DNA from: a virus
Taxonomy: Duplodnaviria; Caudoviricetes
Virus record (IMG/VR): IMGVR_UViG_3300017747_004606
Span: 1-25,430 of that record
Strand: one strand, 5' to 3'
DNA length: 25,430 bases
Shown piece by piece: positions 23,968 to 25,430 of the stretch; the first letter of the stretch is position 1, and the number at the start of each line of letters is the position of its first letter. Both the position numbers and the translations under genes were made by a program. The notes under the pieces are model-generated. The model saw only the letters and a program-made list of their open reading frames with translations, ran no database searches and was not told the DNA's origin.

Positions 23968-25005
23968 GCCAAAGGCCGCCCCTGCGGTCAGAGCCACATT
24001 GCCGCTGACAAGACCTGCCGGCAGAAAGGCTCCTTCCCCACCCGCAAGGCCATCGCCGCGGGTCTCGGTGTCGCCGCACTCGGAGCAGGGGCCTACGCCA
24101 TGTCCCGTCGGGGATCCACGAGCACGGGCACGTTCTCGACTCCCTCTGGTCCCCCTCGGTTACCAGGCTCTGGTCCCGCTCCTGCATCACCTCGTTTCCC
24201 CGGTCTGACCCCTCGCGCCCTCCTTGCGCCTGCCCCCACGCGCAAGTCCAAGACTCAGCGCATGCGCGCCAACACCGCAGCTGCGGTGAAGAACGCCGAA
24301 GGCCGCATCGCTCAGACCGCCAGCGAAGAAGTTCGTCGCATCGCCCAGATCGGCAACACCATGGCCGCCGCCGGCGAAGCCACGGGCATGGCCACGAAAC
24401 TCACGGCACGTAACTTGCGTCTCCGCGTCGAAGCAGCGCGCCGCAAATACGAGCCCGGATACCGCCGCCCCGACCAAAAGCGTCTTCCCGAGGGCGTCCA
24501 AGCGCAATTACCTCAGAGCACTGCGCCAAGAACACGCGAAGCCATACCCTTCGACCCCCGCACCGGCCAGCCCAGCCGGCGCAAAGCCCAGGGCTTCGGC
24601 CGTACCGACAACTACATCCAGCACTACGCACCGGTCCAACTCCAACCACCCACCCGTCGTGATGCCTGCTGGGAGGGCTACGAGCAGGTGGGCATGAAGC
24701 CCAAGGGCAAGCGCCAGGTTCCCGACTGCGTGCCCATTTCGCGGAAGCAGAACGACACCGAGGACGGCAAGAAGTACACCAAAGTCGTCACCAACCCCGA
24801 GACCGGCCGTAAAAACAAGGTCCGCTACGGCGCCAAGGGCTACACCATCGCCCCGGGGACCGAGAAAGGCGATCGCTACTGCGCCCGCAGCTTCGGAGAC
24901 ATGAAGTCCGAGGGCTACAACTGTGCCGGCGCCGAGCGGAACACCCCGCTCTGCCTCTCCCGCGCCAAATGGCGCTGCTCCGGTAAGACCAGCCGTCGCT
25001 CGTAG
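23935..25005 (+). CDS. Modular head-region protein (CG-x9-C module, hydrophobic helix, CWEGY..VPDCV module, C-terminal Cys/basic domain)
   Basis: 356-aa ORF, ATGA-coupled; modules visible in translation. Confidence 0.85.
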   Translation: MNLTPATLRLDAKGRPCGQSHIAADKTCRQKGSFPTRKAIAAGLGVAALGAGAYAMSRRGSTSTGTFSTPSGPPRLPGSGPAPASPRFPGLTPRALLAPAPTRKSKTQRMRANTAAAVKNAEGRIAQTASEEVRRIAQIGNTMAAAGEATGMATKLTARNLRLRVEAARRKYEPGYRRPDQKRLPEGVQAQLPQSTAPRTREAIPFDPRTGQPSRRKAQGFGRTDNYIQHYAPVQLQPPTRRDACWEGYEQVGMKPKGKRQVPDCVPISRKQNDTEDGKKYTKVVTNPETGRKNKVRYGAKGYTIAPGTEKGDRYCARSFGDMKSEGYNCAGAERNTPLCLSRAKWRCSGKTSRRS

Positions 25006-25031
25006 CCTGATAGCAACACCGCTATCTACCC

Positions 25032-25430
25032 ATGGGCCAACGCATTGTCAACAGCGACCGCTACGAGCTCGTATATGTACGTGGTGATGAACAATACCCA
25101 CTACCTTTAGTTACAAGCACTGGCACTAGCGGCGACGCTTTTGGTCGTCTCCGCACCAGCTCCCCATTTACCATCTTCGATAGCCAGCATCGCTATCAAG
25201 AGAACGACAAATGGGACACCGCACTAAACGGTGGCGGCTCTAAAACGTACAGCGCCAACGAAAGTGCTGTAAATCTCACGGTTCCCACCACATCTGGCGC
25301 TTACGTCTATCGCGAAACAAAGCGCGTCTTCCCCTACCAGCCTGGAAAATCCATGTTGGTAATGTGCTCCTTTGTCTTCGCCACTCCTCAAGTCAATCTG
25401 CGTCAGCGCGTCGGCTATTTCGGCACACAA
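25032..25430 (+). CDS. Probable virion structural protein, truncated by the window end
   Basis: Open frame from ATG 25032: MGQRIVNSD..DAFGRLRTSSPFTIFDS..RETKRVFPYQPGKS..RVGYF; motif recalled from aquatic phage proteins. Confidence 0.75.
   Translation, partial: MGQRIVNSDRYELVYVRGDEQYPLPLVTSTGTSGDAFGRLRTSSPFTIFDSQHRYQENDKWDTALNGGGSKTYSANESAVNLTVPTTSGAYVYRETKRVFPYQPGKSMLVMCSFVFATPQVNLRQRVGYFGTQ

Larger units (their letters stand above)
1..25430 (+). mobile_element. Tailed dsDNA phage (or prophage) genome segment: early genes, nucleotide metabolism, packaging and head module
   Basis: TerS-TerL-portal-MuF gene order, thyX/dcd, DUF932, many small co-oriented overlapping ORFs; no integrase or host housekeeping genes in the window. 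Confidence 0.95.

Noticed and set aside
1-25430. tRNA, rRNA, integrase or att sites
   Set aside because: None recognised by eye; a tRNAscan/Infernal run would be needed to exclude them formally

Overview
A 25.4-kb segment of a high-GC tailed dsDNA phage or prophage, almost entirely coded on the + strand. The host is probably cyanobacterial, inferred from the ThyX type. Positions 1-9.1 kb are a dense run of small, often translationally coupled early or accessory genes, including a Cys-rich radical-SAM-like protein, DUF932, an SPFH-like membrane protein and an array of MT(D/E)-starting genes with repeated junctions. Positions 9.1-13.7 kb carry thyX and dcd, each interrupted by a 342-aa intein (LAGLIDADG-type and HNH-type). 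Positions 13.7-25.4 kb form the packaging and head module: TerS, TerL, an antisense HNH, a DUF1073-type portal, a MuF/SPP1-gp7 head protein and four unusual modular proteins. The strongest candidate for an undescribed system is in those four proteins. They hold five copies of a module R-x-D / C-G-x3-I-x5-C-x1-2-K-G / Gly-Ala-rich hydrophobic helix / variable payload, and one payload is an LRAT-like papain-fold enzyme. DNA repeats bracket an AT-richer payload, which suggests exchangeable head-packaged cargo. The second notable signal is a duplicated 31-nt H-type pseudoknot with a compensatory base-pair change, located exactly 23 nt upstream of two start codons. Family assignments come from motif recognition by eye, not from database searches.
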